This document shows positions 9,388-18,482 of a stretch of DNA of 64,000 bases, piece after piece (the stretch's first letter is position 1; each line of letters begins with the position of its first letter). This DNA comes from Candidatus Hydrogenedentota bacterium (lineage in GTDB: Bacteria > Hydrogenedentota > Hydrogenedentia > Hydrogenedentales > SLHB01): positions 76,605-140,604 of the forward strand of contig CAXXTH010000014.1 of the NCBI GenBank assembly GCA_963668025.2. Reading direction: 5' to 3'. Below the pieces are notes generated by a model. That model was not told where the DNA came from, made no database searches, and worked only from the letters and a program-made list of their open reading frames with translations. The position numbers and the translations under genes are program-made.

Positions 9388-11209
9388 GAGGCATTTGCGA
9401 AATAAAGAAAATCCGTATTGACAAGGGTTTACAAAGCGGCGGAATTGGCGCCTACCCCGGAGAATGCGGGGAAAGGGGCTTGGCGGGGGCATGAATAAGG
9501 ATTTTTTGTGAAAAATCACCCCAAATGCCCTCGGCGAGCGGGAAAAGGCGTAACGTCTCCCGTGTGTGATTGTAGTATAGTTGACCACATAACCACGCAC
9601 ACACCAAGGAGACGTTTGCGATGGCCATTATACACCAAATGGGGTTGTTCTCGTGGAACCAGGTCGACGCGGCGTCGGATCTGGATCGGCTGAACCTGTT
9701 GCTGGCGGCGCTGCCGGATGAAGATTTGATGCGGGCGATGGAAGCCGAACGCAAGGGGCGGCGCGACGATTATCCTATCCGCGCGATGTGGAACAGCATA
9801 CTGGCGGGGATCGTCTTCCAGCACGACGGCGTCGAAAGCCTGCGCCGCGAACTAGCCCGAAACGGGCAATTGCGCCAGTTGTGCGGATTCGACGTGTTGC
9901 GGGGCGCCAAGGCGGTCCCGCCCGAATGGGTGTACACGCGGTTCTTCGCCAGATTACTGCGCCACTGGAAAGAAGTGGACCGGATGTTCGACGCGCTCAT
10001 CGTCCGGCTGATGGAACGCTTGCCGGATCTCGGGGTGCGTCTGGCCGTAGACTCGAAAGCCATCCAAACCCACGCCAAGCCTCCGCGCAAAGACGCGGTC
10101 CTGGAAAACGAAGAGCCGGACGGGCGGCGCGACCGCGACGCAGACTGGGGCACGAAAACCTACAAGGGCGTTCACAAGGACGGCACGCCCTGGGAGAAGG
10201 TCAAACGGTGGTTCGGCTACAAGCTGCACCTCATCGTGGACACGAAATACGAATTGCCGCTGGGCTACGCGGTCACGAAAGCCAGCGCCAACGACTCGCC
10301 CTTTCTGCTGCCCCTCGTGGCGGCTCTCGACGCGCGCCACCCCGAACTCGTCCAACGCGCCGAGTACCTCAGCGCCGACAAGGGCTATGATTCCGAAGCC
10401 AACAACAAGGGCCTCTTCGAGGAACATGAAATCCGGCCCATCGTGGACATCCGGGCGACCTGGAAAGAAGAACCGGAACGGCCCCGCCCTTTATATCCCG
10501 AACGGGTAGACACGATCTTCCATACCGAACGAGGTGAAGTCCTCTGCCGGTGTCGTAACGGCGCCCCAAACGAACGCGACAACTATGATTCCATGGCCTA
10601 CCAAGGATTCGAGCAAGATCGGGGAACCTTGAAATACCGTTGCCCAGCCAAGGCACGCGGGAGCGCCTGTACCCAGCAAGACCTCTGCAACCAAGGATGC
10701 CAGCCCGAACACGGACGGATTGTCCGCGTGCCCATCGCTATCGACCGGCGCATCTTTACCCCCCTGCCCCGCAGCGCCAAATCCTGGCGCCGCGAATACA
10801 AACACCGCACCGCCATCGAGCGAGTCAACAGCCGACTCGACGGCGCATACGGATTCGAGCGCCACTACATCCGCGGTATGAAAAAGATGCGCGCCCGCAC
10901 CGGATTAGCCCTCCTCGTCATGCTCGGCATGGCCCTGGGATGGCTCGAAGCCGGCCAGGCAGAACGCATGCGCTCGCTCCTCGGACAGCCCCGCGCCGCA
11001 TAGATCACATCGAATCCGCACAAGCAATGATGGCCCGAATCAAGGGCAAACCATGCCCATTCGGGCCGCAAGGGTCCTACACGCGAACCTCCTGCATGAT
11101 TTATTGCACCCGTAGCGGAGGCGTAATCCCATTGCCACAGGCGAAAACCGCTCCGCGTGTGCCCGCACCGTCCGCGCGTTCGCAAACCACGCTATTTCGC
11201 AAATGCCTC
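9388..11209 (+). mobile_element. Complete IS element (IS1182/IS5-like DDE)
   Basis: Perfect 17-bp TIRs GAGGCATTTGCGAAATA (9388-9404) / TATTTCGCAAATGCCTC (11193-11209); 5-bp direct repeat AAATA at 9383-9387 and 11210-11214. Confidence 0.93.
9621..11003 (+). CDS. DDE transposase
   Basis: GRRDDYPIRAMW N-terminus; AVDSKAI, GYKLHLIVD, SADKGYD, RTAIERVNSRLD. Confidence 0.93.
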   Translation: MAIIHQMGLFSWNQVDAASDLDRLNLLLAALPDEDLMRAMEAERKGRRDDYPIRAMWNSILAGIVFQHDGVESLRRELARNGQLRQLCGFDVLRGAKAVPPEWVYTRFFARLLRHWKEVDRMFDALIVRLMERLPDLGVRLAVDSKAIQTHAKPPRKDAVLENEEPDGRRDRDADWGTKTYKGVHKDGTPWEKVKRWFGYKLHLIVDTKYELPLGYAVTKASANDSPFLLPLVAALDARHPELVQRAEYLSADKGYDSEANNKGLFEEHEIRPIVDIRATWKEEPERPRPLYPERVDTIFHTERGEVLCRCRNGAPNERDNYDSMAYQGFEQDRGTLKYRCPAKARGSACTQQDLCNQGCQPEHGRIVRVPIAIDRRIFTPLPRSAKSWRREYKHRTAIERVNSRLDGAYGFERHYIRGMKKMRARTGLALLVMLGMALGWLEAGQAERMRSLLGQPRAA

Positions 11210-11247
11210 AAATATAAAACGCCTGATCTCATTTGCACCAAATGCCC

Positions 11248-11296
11248 TTGACAAACAGGCTTTTCCCATGATTTAATGTCTGAAAATGAATTCAGA
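11248..11296 (+). promoter_or_regulatory. Putative lexA sigma70 promoter and candidate SOS box
   Basis: TTGACA 11248-11253; TGnTTTAAT 11269-11277; palindrome TCTGAA-N6-TTCAGA 11279-11296 over the expected start site. Confidence 0.6.
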
Positions 11297-11334
11297 TCTC
11301 ATGCCGACGCATTACCTGATTCAGGAGGGGAACA

Positions 11335-11952
11335 ATGGCCAAGGGGCTGACGCAACGCCAAGCGGATATCCTAGATTATATTATCGAATGCATTCGCGCC
11401 GATGGTATGCCGCCCACCATTGCGGAGATCGGCTCTACATTCCGCATATCTTCCACCAATGGCGTGAATGACCACTTAGTGGCCTTGGAAAAAAAGGGCT
11501 ATATCACCCGTTCCTCCAAAGCCCGTTCCATTCATGTGACCGAACAGGCCTCGGCGGGATTATATGAGACCCAAGTCGCCATGGCCCCCTTGGTCGGCCG
11601 TATCGCGGCGGGGACGCCCGTATTGGCGCACGAGAATATCGATGGACAAGTCCCCATTGGCGCGCGCATTGCCGCTCCCGGCGTGTTTGCACTCACCGTA
11701 CGCGGTGAAAGCATGATTGAAGATGCGATTCTGGATGGCGATACGATTATCGTGGATCCCAATATCGCGCCTAATCTGGGAGATATCGTAGTTGCGCTGG
11801 TGGAAGATGAAGCCACGGTCAAACGGTACTACCGCCACGGCAACATGATCGAGTTGCGGCCCGCCAACGCATCCATGCAGCCCATTCTCGTCCCCGCCCG
11901 TTCCGTCCGCATTCAAGGAATTGTCGTGGCGCTACAACGCTCGATGCGATGA
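11335..11952 (+). CDS. lexA: SOS repressor LexA
   Basis: LTQRQ..IL wHTH, PPTIAEI, STNGVNDHL, Ala-Gly cleavage site in IAAG, catalytic GESM (Ser) and ATVKR (Lys). Confidence 0.97.
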   Translation: MAKGLTQRQADILDYIIECIRADGMPPTIAEIGSTFRISSTNGVNDHLVALEKKGYITRSSKARSIHVTEQASAGLYETQVAMAPLVGRIAAGTPVLAHENIDGQVPIGARIAAPGVFALTVRGESMIEDAILDGDTIIVDPNIAPNLGDIVVALVEDEATVKRYYRHGNMIELRPANASMQPILVPARSVRIQGIVVALQRSMR

Positions 11953-11959
11953 CAGGACA

Positions 11960-12769
11960 TTACACATTTAGTACGCGCAACACGTTCTGATACTGGACCG
12001 CGCTGTTTCCCAGCGCCGCGATGCCTGTTCGCTGCATCAGGTCATCCCGGGTTTGCTCCATGACGCCTCGGGCGATATCAAGATCACGAATCTGAGAAAC
12101 CGCCTCCGCTATATTCACGCCCGTATTGCGCCTTTCTGATATGGCGCTTTCAATCGTGTTCATTTGCGCGCCCATGCCGGAACGTGCGGAATTGATTTGA
12201 TTAGCGGCCGTATTCAAGGCCGTAAGCGCATTCGCCGCGCCCTCCGGCGTCGTCAGCTCCAGTCCATTCAGCCCCAAAGCATTCACGGTTGTCGTGGGAA
12301 GCGTAATCTGTACGCCGGTATTCGCGCCTAATTCAACCGTCGTCTGCGTTCCGTTAAGCAAGGCAGTATTGTTAAATTGCGTCCCCGTGGCCGTGCCGTT
12401 GATTCCCTCGATGAGCTGCTGGGCCTCCTGATTGAGGGCGGTGCGATTCTCCGCCGTCATCGTGCCGTTGGCCGCTTGCAGCGCCAAATCTTGCAAGCGC
12501 TGGACCGCCCCTCCCTGGGCCGCCAAACCGCCTTCCGCCGTTTCCGCGAGAGTATAACCATTCTGATAAGCGGCTATCTCTGCTTGGTATTGGTTTAGCA
12601 ACGCTTGCGCGTTTTCTGAAATGGCCAAACCCGCTGCATCATCCGCAGCCTGGTTTATACGAAGACCCGTCGCTAACTGGGCATTAGAACGCAAGAGCGC
12701 TTCGCTGGTGCGTCCTACTTGCTGCGCCGCGTTCAGCGCCGCATTGTTCGTGTTAATACGCATGCCCAT
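11960..12769 (-). CDS. Flagellin-like protein (short, no hypervariable domain)
   Basis: MRINTN...LATGLRINQAADDAAGLAIS N-terminus; RSGMGAQMN...SQIRDLD C-terminus; no other flagellar genes in the window. Confidence 0.85.
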   Translation of the reverse strand: MGMRINTNNAALNAAQQVGRTSEALLRSNAQLATGLRINQAADDAAGLAISENAQALLNQYQAEIAAYQNGYTLAETAEGGLAAQGGAVQRLQDLALQAANGTMTAENRTALNQEAQQLIEGINGTATGTQFNNTALLNGTQTTVELGANTGVQITLPTTTVNALGLNGLELTTPEGAANALTALNTAANQINSARSGMGAQMNTIESAISERRNTGVNIAEAVSQIRDLDIARGVMEQTRDDLMQRTGIAALGNSAVQYQNVLRVLNV

Positions 12770-12908
12770 GCCGCACCCTCCACCATGGCGTGCCCTGTAA
12801 CAATTTATACTTTAAATCACACTTATTATATTCCTCACTTTGAAAATCCACAAGACTTTGTTTCATATAAAGAATGGCATGGCGAATCTCTACCTTACGT
12901 CTCCGGCT

Positions 12909-12931
12909 CTTTGATTGCGGTTTTACCGCGC
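12909..12931 (-). repeat. Short hairpin repeat GCGCGG-N5-CCGCAAYCRAAG (copy 1)
   Basis: Minus strand gcgcggtaaaaccgcaatcaaag; matches the copy at 58251-58273. Confidence 0.5.
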
Positions 12932-12976
12932 GTTAAGCCGTTGCGCCGCGCTATAATTGTTCCACCGTATTGCGCC

Positions 12977-14443
12977 TTAGCTTCGCATGCGCTCAATCAG
13001 ATTCGTCGTGGATTGTCCTTCCACGCCGGGAAGCAAGGCGATGCGCCCGCCATAACCTTCAATCAACCGCCGCTCTTCCTGGTTAATGGTGTCGATGGTG
13101 TAATCGCCGCCTTTCGCATAGACATCCGGTTTCAATCGTTGGAGCGCCATGACCGTCGTCGGTTCGCTGAATAAGACCACATAATCCACGCACGCGAGCG
13201 CCGACAACACCATGGCGCGTTCGTGTTCCGGCATGACCGGCCGCGAAGGGCCTTTGATGGCGCGCACCGATGCATCGGAATTCATGCCCACCACCAGCAC
13301 ATCCCCTTCACTCGCCGCCCCTTGCAGATACAGCACATGCCCGGCATGGAGGATATCGAAACAGCCATTGGTCCACACCACGCGCTTGCCTTCCGCTTGA
13401 AGCCGAGGCGCCAGCGCCTCAAGTTCCTCGATGGTCCGCAGCTTCGCCGGTTTTTCTTCAGTGAAAGCGGCTTCCAACTCGGCCCGGGTGACGGCGGCCG
13501 CACCTGCTTGGCGGACGGCGATCCCAGCGGCGGCATTTCCCAACAAGGCCGCCTCTTCAAACGTGCCGCCAGCGGCCAGACCCAGCGCAAGCGCCGCCGT
13601 CAAGGTATCGCCCGCGCCGGTGGTGTCCACGACATGGCGCGCGGATGTGGCGGCAGGCACATGAGACACGCGTCCATCCTGCTCAAAACACATAATGCCT
13701 TTTTCACTGCGCGTGATGGCCACTCGCTGCGCCACCCGCAACAGCCTGCCGCCCGCTTCCTGTATCGAGCCGTCATCCACATGCGCCAGGCCCACGGCGC
13801 GGCACGCCTCATATGCATTGGGTGTTAGCACATCGAATCCCGCAAAATCGGCGGCCTGGCCGCGCGAATCGGCCACCGTGAGCAGCCCATGCTTTCGGGC
13901 GCACTCCACAATCGTGCGCCGGACAAGCTCCGACGCCACCGCACCCGCTTGGTCGCCCACGATAATCGCCGTGGCTTGGGACGCCCGCTCCTCAATGAAC
14001 GCGGCAATCTGCTCTTCCATCGCACGGGAAAGCGGCGTGGGAGGGGGGGTATCCATGCGAAGGATCTCTTGCGGAGGCCCGCTCGGAACGGACGCCTTCA
14101 GTTTCCCATACGTATTCGTCGGCCGGGACGCATCAGGCATCATGCCGCTGATATCGACTCCCGCACCCAATAATGCTTCCAGCAGCGCCTTGCCATTCGA
14201 GTCATCCCCTACAACGCCAATCGCACAGACGGACGCGCCCATCGCCGCCGCGTTGCGCGCCAAATTGCCCGCCGCGCCTGGATTATGCCGCCGTTCCCGC
14301 CACTCAAAGATCGGCACGGGGGCTTCCAAGCTCACCCCCGACAGCACGCCCATGATGACTTCATCCAAATAATAGTCGCCAACCACAAGAATGCGCGCGG
14401 ACGAAAAAAACGATAGAAGCTCAACCACCCGTTCATAAGTCAT
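12977..14443 (-). CDS. hldE: Bifunctional heptose 7-phosphate kinase / heptose 1-phosphate adenylyltransferase
   Basis: ILVVGDYYLD, SLEAPVP, PGAAGN, PfkB signature DTTGAGDT, then TNGCFDILHAGH and KGGDY; start trimmed to MTYER at 14443. Confidence 0.9.
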   Translation of the reverse strand: MTYERVVELLSFFSSARILVVGDYYLDEVIMGVLSGVSLEAPVPIFEWRERRHNPGAAGNLARNAAAMGASVCAIGVVGDDSNGKALLEALLGAGVDISGMMPDASRPTNTYGKLKASVPSGPPQEILRMDTPPPTPLSRAMEEQIAAFIEERASQATAIIVGDQAGAVASELVRRTIVECARKHGLLTVADSRGQAADFAGFDVLTPNAYEACRAVGLAHVDDGSIQEAGGRLLRVAQRVAITRSEKGIMCFEQDGRVSHVPAATSARHVVDTTGAGDTLTAALALGLAAGGTFEEAALLGNAAAGIAVRQAGAAAVTRAELEAAFTEEKPAKLRTIEELEALAPRLQAEGKRVVWTNGCFDILHAGHVLYLQGAASEGDVLVVGMNSDASVRAIKGPSRPVMPEHERAMVLSALACVDYVVLFSEPTTVMALQRLKPDVYAKGGDYTIDTINQEERRLIEGYGGRIALLPGVEGQSTTNLIERMRS

Positions 14444-14583
14444 AAAACTGCTCCCGTGAATGATTTGGTACGATTCGGAGATATTAAACGTGAAAACGTC
14501 CAATGAACTCAATTTCCCATTGGTTATACCCCGAAACCAAATGAAAGGTGGCAAATAGCGACAACGCCGGGCAGGCATTTGGC

Positions 14584-17022
14584 CTAAGCGGGCGCGTTTA
14601 GGCCCATCTGTTCATCGAAATAGGCCAGCGCTTCCTGGCCACCGAACTCTTTGTCTTGCAGATAGGCCGCCTCGCGCACTTGGCACAGAATCGTGGGTAG
14701 ATAGGTCCGGCTCAGATCCCACCACAGCCGATGAAATTGAAGCTTCTCCCCTCCATCGACCTCCGGATGCAACAGGTGCTGGCTTGTATAACGTGAACCC
14801 AGATTGTTTATGATAACCAGGTATATGCGCCCGTATTCAGCCGAATAGCCGATGGCGCATTTCAGGTGGCTGCGAGACTGCTCGATCAGTTTCTCCCGGT
14901 TGCCATCTCCTTCCGTGGCATTCCGCGCCGCGTTGGCTTGTACCAAAGCCAGGTGATACTCCCGGAACAGATGCGCCAATTGGTTCGTGGCCTTGGCCAC
15001 TCGAGCAAGATACTGGAGTTCCGGCTCGTCCGGCTGTGCCTTAAGCGCCTTGGCCGTCATCGCCTCTGCCCGCTCCGCGATGGCTATCGCCTCGCGGACC
15101 TCGAACCGTTCCAGCCACTTCCCCACTTGCGCTGGAGTGGCTTTCTGTAGATCCTCGGGCTGCGGGGCATGGGCCATCATGAATCCGCCCGAGGCAATCC
15201 CATCCACAGGGCCTGTAAGCCCGATCTGGGCAAAGGGGGCCATATCCACCGCCCAAGGCTTGCCATACGGGCCCCAGCGGTACATATCATAGCTTTCACT
15301 GCACGAAGGTTGTAGAAAGAAGGCGCTCGTAATTTTGTCCGTGCCTTCGAGCGCTTGATGCATGTAGTTCCCGGCATCATCCCCATATTTAGCCCGGCAC
15401 CAGTTGCGTATGTATTTGTGGGCATCCAAATCCGGATGCCAGTAGGCCACTTCCATTCCGGCGACCGGGCTCGTACAGCCGATCAGCCCTTGCCCGGGCT
15501 GCACGAACGTGCGCAGCTTCTCCAGGTATAACGGCAAAGCCCAGGACAAGTGCGATTCAACGGGCGATAGGGGCGCAACGACTCCCGGGCCTCCGGCTTC
15601 GTAATAATGAAAAAGGAAATATAAAGGCACCTGCTGGCCCAACATCGTCGAATCCGGCGAAAACCAGTTCTGGAAATCTCCGCCCGGAGGCGTGGTTAGC
15701 CGCATGATGATCGCTTCCATATCCTTGCCCAACCTATGAGTGATCTCCCGGAAGCCTACGGTGGGGTCAGTTCGATACTCTGGCTGCTGCATGGAAATCA
15801 TGCCCGGCAATGCGTGTTCGCGCATCATGAACCGTATCTCCGGCTTCACCGCCCGGGCGGTATCCATGGCCAGTTGCGCATAGTCCACGATTCTGTCCAC
15901 CATGGGGTAGTTCTTGCACTTGTCGCACGCGCAATTCAGTTCTCCGCCCATGTCCGAGAACTGGAGTATGATCATGTCCAATTCGGGATATGTCTCGACA
16001 AATTCCTTGATCCCAGCCACGGCGAATTTGCGCGTGGCCTCGTTGGAAGGACAGAGATTGCATCTCAGCCCGCCGGGAGTGGCCAGTATGCCGGGGTGGG
16101 CCTTCGACAGCGCCTGCCGATACTCCTCGTCGTTATTTCGCGAAGCGCACGAGAGGAAGCCCAACGGATTGATCACCATGGCCGTCAAAGCGCCATATTT
16201 TTTGGCGTTAGCGAATTTTTCATGCAGCCTGGCCTGTTGGCTGAGTATATACTCGCGTTTTTGTTCGCCGCCAAGCTCCGGAAAATCGGGATAGAAGATC
16301 GTGCCGGGCCAATAGTCATCGAAAGACATGGAGACGTTCAGACGCATTCGTCCGATCAGCGAGTAGGGTTCATCCACAAATGTATGCAGCGCCCAGCTTC
16401 GATATCTCACTCTCGGCACAAATGTGTCATCGAGCAGCGGAATCCCCCGCTTAGTGGTCCTCTCTTCCAATTCATACGCGCCGTACATCGCCCCTCGCTC
16501 CGAGGAGGCCGTTACCAATATAAGTCGCCGCCCGCTTTCGGTGATTGGCTTGATGATGTAGCCATCGCCGTTCATGGTGGTGTCATCGACCGCCAGGCCA
16601 TGCTTCTGGGCAAGCGACGCCACCAGTCGGCTGCCGCTCATAGTTCCCATCAGTACTACATCGCCGCCCGCCGTCGTAAGTTCGAGTTTGTCCGTGTCCG
16701 CGTCAATCTCGACAATGCCCGGCTGGCCCAACTCCAGCGCCAGAACCGATTGTCTGAGCGCTTCGGCGCCCACGCGCACGCAAGCCGGCGATGACTTGGG
16801 GATAATGATTGCGTCAAGTCTCGTGCTCCAGACGGGCTGTTCGAGCAAATCGTCGCGAGAGAACCTCAGCACGAAAGGCCTATCCGGGTAGGCAAGCGGG
16901 AGCACGGCCTCGCCCGCCATCCGTTCGCTGTAATCGTAGGCATATGACTCGACATCCAGCGCAACCACCAGCAACGTACAGAAACCCAAAACACGCGCTA
17001 TGTTGCGCCAATCCCTATTCAT
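14584..17022 (-). CDS. Secreted protein, probable glycoside-hydrolase-like (GH20/GH67-type N-terminal domain plus putative TIM barrel)
   Basis: Signal peptide; GDGYIIK...TASSERGAMYGAYEL motif; LCPSN and CACDKC typical of uncharacterised GH-like proteins. Confidence 0.55.
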   Translation of the reverse strand: MNRDWRNIARVLGFCTLLVVALDVESYAYDYSERMAGEAVLPLAYPDRPFVLRFSRDDLLEQPVWSTRLDAIIIPKSSPACVRVGAEALRQSVLALELGQPGIVEIDADTDKLELTTAGGDVVLMGTMSGSRLVASLAQKHGLAVDDTTMNGDGYIIKPITESGRRLILVTASSERGAMYGAYELEERTTKRGIPLLDDTFVPRVRYRSWALHTFVDEPYSLIGRMRLNVSMSFDDYWPGTIFYPDFPELGGEQKREYILSQQARLHEKFANAKKYGALTAMVINPLGFLSCASRNNDEEYRQALSKAHPGILATPGGLRCNLCPSNEATRKFAVAGIKEFVETYPELDMIILQFSDMGGELNCACDKCKNYPMVDRIVDYAQLAMDTARAVKPEIRFMMREHALPGMISMQQPEYRTDPTVGFREITHRLGKDMEAIIMRLTTPPGGDFQNWFSPDSTMLGQQVPLYFLFHYYEAGGPGVVAPLSPVESHLSWALPLYLEKLRTFVQPGQGLIGCTSPVAGMEVAYWHPDLDAHKYIRNWCRAKYGDDAGNYMHQALEGTDKITSAFFLQPSCSESYDMYRWGPYGKPWAVDMAPFAQIGLTGPVDGIASGGFMMAHAPQPEDLQKATPAQVGKWLERFEVREAIAIAERAEAMTAKALKAQPDEPELQYLARVAKATNQLAHLFREYHLALVQANAARNATEGDGNREKLIEQSRSHLKCAIGYSAEYGRIYLVIINNLGSRYTSQHLLHPEVDGGEKLQFHRLWWDLSRTYLPTILCQVREAAYLQDKEFGGQEALAYFDEQMGLNAPA

Positions 17023-17198
17023 CGAATCCGTCCTCCCTTACCGTGTGGATGCGGACACAACGGCCTCATCCTAAGTTTGACACCTCAATGAGATACAAGC
17101 AGAATAGAGAACGTTCATAACTCGCTTCAAGATCCTGGGGGATCAACAATGTTGTGCTGCACAAAATGTCTCGTGTGTTCGAGACGCGGAGGTTCAGG

Positions 17199-18281
17199 AT
17201 GAAACGTATACTCACGGTCTCTGTGATATTCACGTTCTTAGCCACATATTCGATGGCAAGCATTGCTGAATCTAGCCACGAGGAAGCGCCGAAGACTCGG
17301 CAGATGCGATACTCGCCTCGAAGCGAAGCCGACGCGCTGCAATGGCAGACACAGCTCCGTACAGAACTTTTCCGTGTATTGAAAATCGACGATCTGGCCG
17401 CACGGCAGACGCCTATTCCGTTCGCGGAGGAATGTACGTCGTCAACGGACATGAAGACCTACCGCACCAAAGAACTGCAAATACAGCTCACCCCTACGCG
17501 GCGCATACCGATCATCCTGACCCTCCCGCCAGCGGACGCCAAAGGCCCATTTCCGGCGGTGGTGTGCATCAACGGGCATGGCGGCGACCGCCACAGCCCG
17601 TATTTCCAGGAGACATTCAAACGGGAAAGCGATATCGCGGCGCAGGACCAGGCCTACAGCGGATTCGGGACCTTGCTGGCGGAACGAGGGTTCGTCACCG
17701 TGTCGACGGACATGGATGTCCGCACGGAAAGCACTGATCACAAAGTGTTTGACTCGGCTCGAACGTTGATGGGAGAACGGCTCTGGTGCGCCATGCGGTG
17801 TGTGGATTATGTCGCATCTCTACCGGACGTGGATGCATCGCGGATTGGCTGCGCGGGACTCTCGCTGGGCGGTGAGATGGCGATGTGGCTTGCTGCGATG
17901 GATACCCGCGTATCCGCTTGTGTGAGCTGCGGCTTCCTGGGCTACATGGAGGACTATGAAAAGTACAACGCCTGTCCCTGCTGGAAAGCTCCGGGGCTGC
18001 AAGAGCTGATTGACTTTCCTGATTTAGGTTCGCTGGCCGCGCCGCGCCCGCTTCAGTGCCAGATAGGCTATCAAGAGAGCGGTTCACTGACTACATCCGC
18101 AGCCCGGCGCGCGATGGAGGAGGTCCGGCAAACCTACGTTGATCTTGGCAAGCCCGAGAACGCCATTCTAGATATTCATGGGGGCGGCCACGTGGTGGAT
18201 ACGCCCTCTTTGATCTGGTTCCTCGAAAAGCACCTTATACCTCCACCGGCTGTCTTTAACCCGTGGTGGAAGGACCGGTAG
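17199..18281 (+). CDS. Secreted alpha/beta hydrolase (dienelactone hydrolase / acetylesterase-like)
   Basis: PAVVCINGHGG; nucleophile elbow GLSLGG; APRPL; C-terminal HGGGH. Confidence 0.85.
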   Translation: MKRILTVSVIFTFLATYSMASIAESSHEEAPKTRQMRYSPRSEADALQWQTQLRTELFRVLKIDDLAARQTPIPFAEECTSSTDMKTYRTKELQIQLTPTRRIPIILTLPPADAKGPFPAVVCINGHGGDRHSPYFQETFKRESDIAAQDQAYSGFGTLLAERGFVTVSTDMDVRTESTDHKVFDSARTLMGERLWCAMRCVDYVASLPDVDASRIGCAGLSLGGEMAMWLAAMDTRVSACVSCGFLGYMEDYEKYNACPCWKAPGLQELIDFPDLGSLAAPRPLQCQIGYQESGSLTTSAARRAMEEVRQTYVDLGKPENAILDIHGGGHVVDTPSLIWFLEKHLIPPPAVFNPWWKDR

Positions 18282-18482
18282 TCCTTTCCACCCGGTTATG
18301 CCGCGCCTTGAATGGCGGCATTCTTTTCGGCTTCGCGCGAAATATAGTAGTATAGAATTAGGCTTTACCTTTTGCGCCATATTCCATATAACAACCGCCG
18401 GGGCGGCGATCCCGCACTTTTTGCTGATAAGCAATGTGTGGAACCGCCGCCCTCGCTGCTCATTTTTCCTATAGTGCGCTGC

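Noticed and set aside
15736-16794. Long antisense ORFs (also 52035-52970 and 54135-55109)
   Set aside because: They lie opposite well-supported genes and have no recognisable motifs; these are shadow ORFs.
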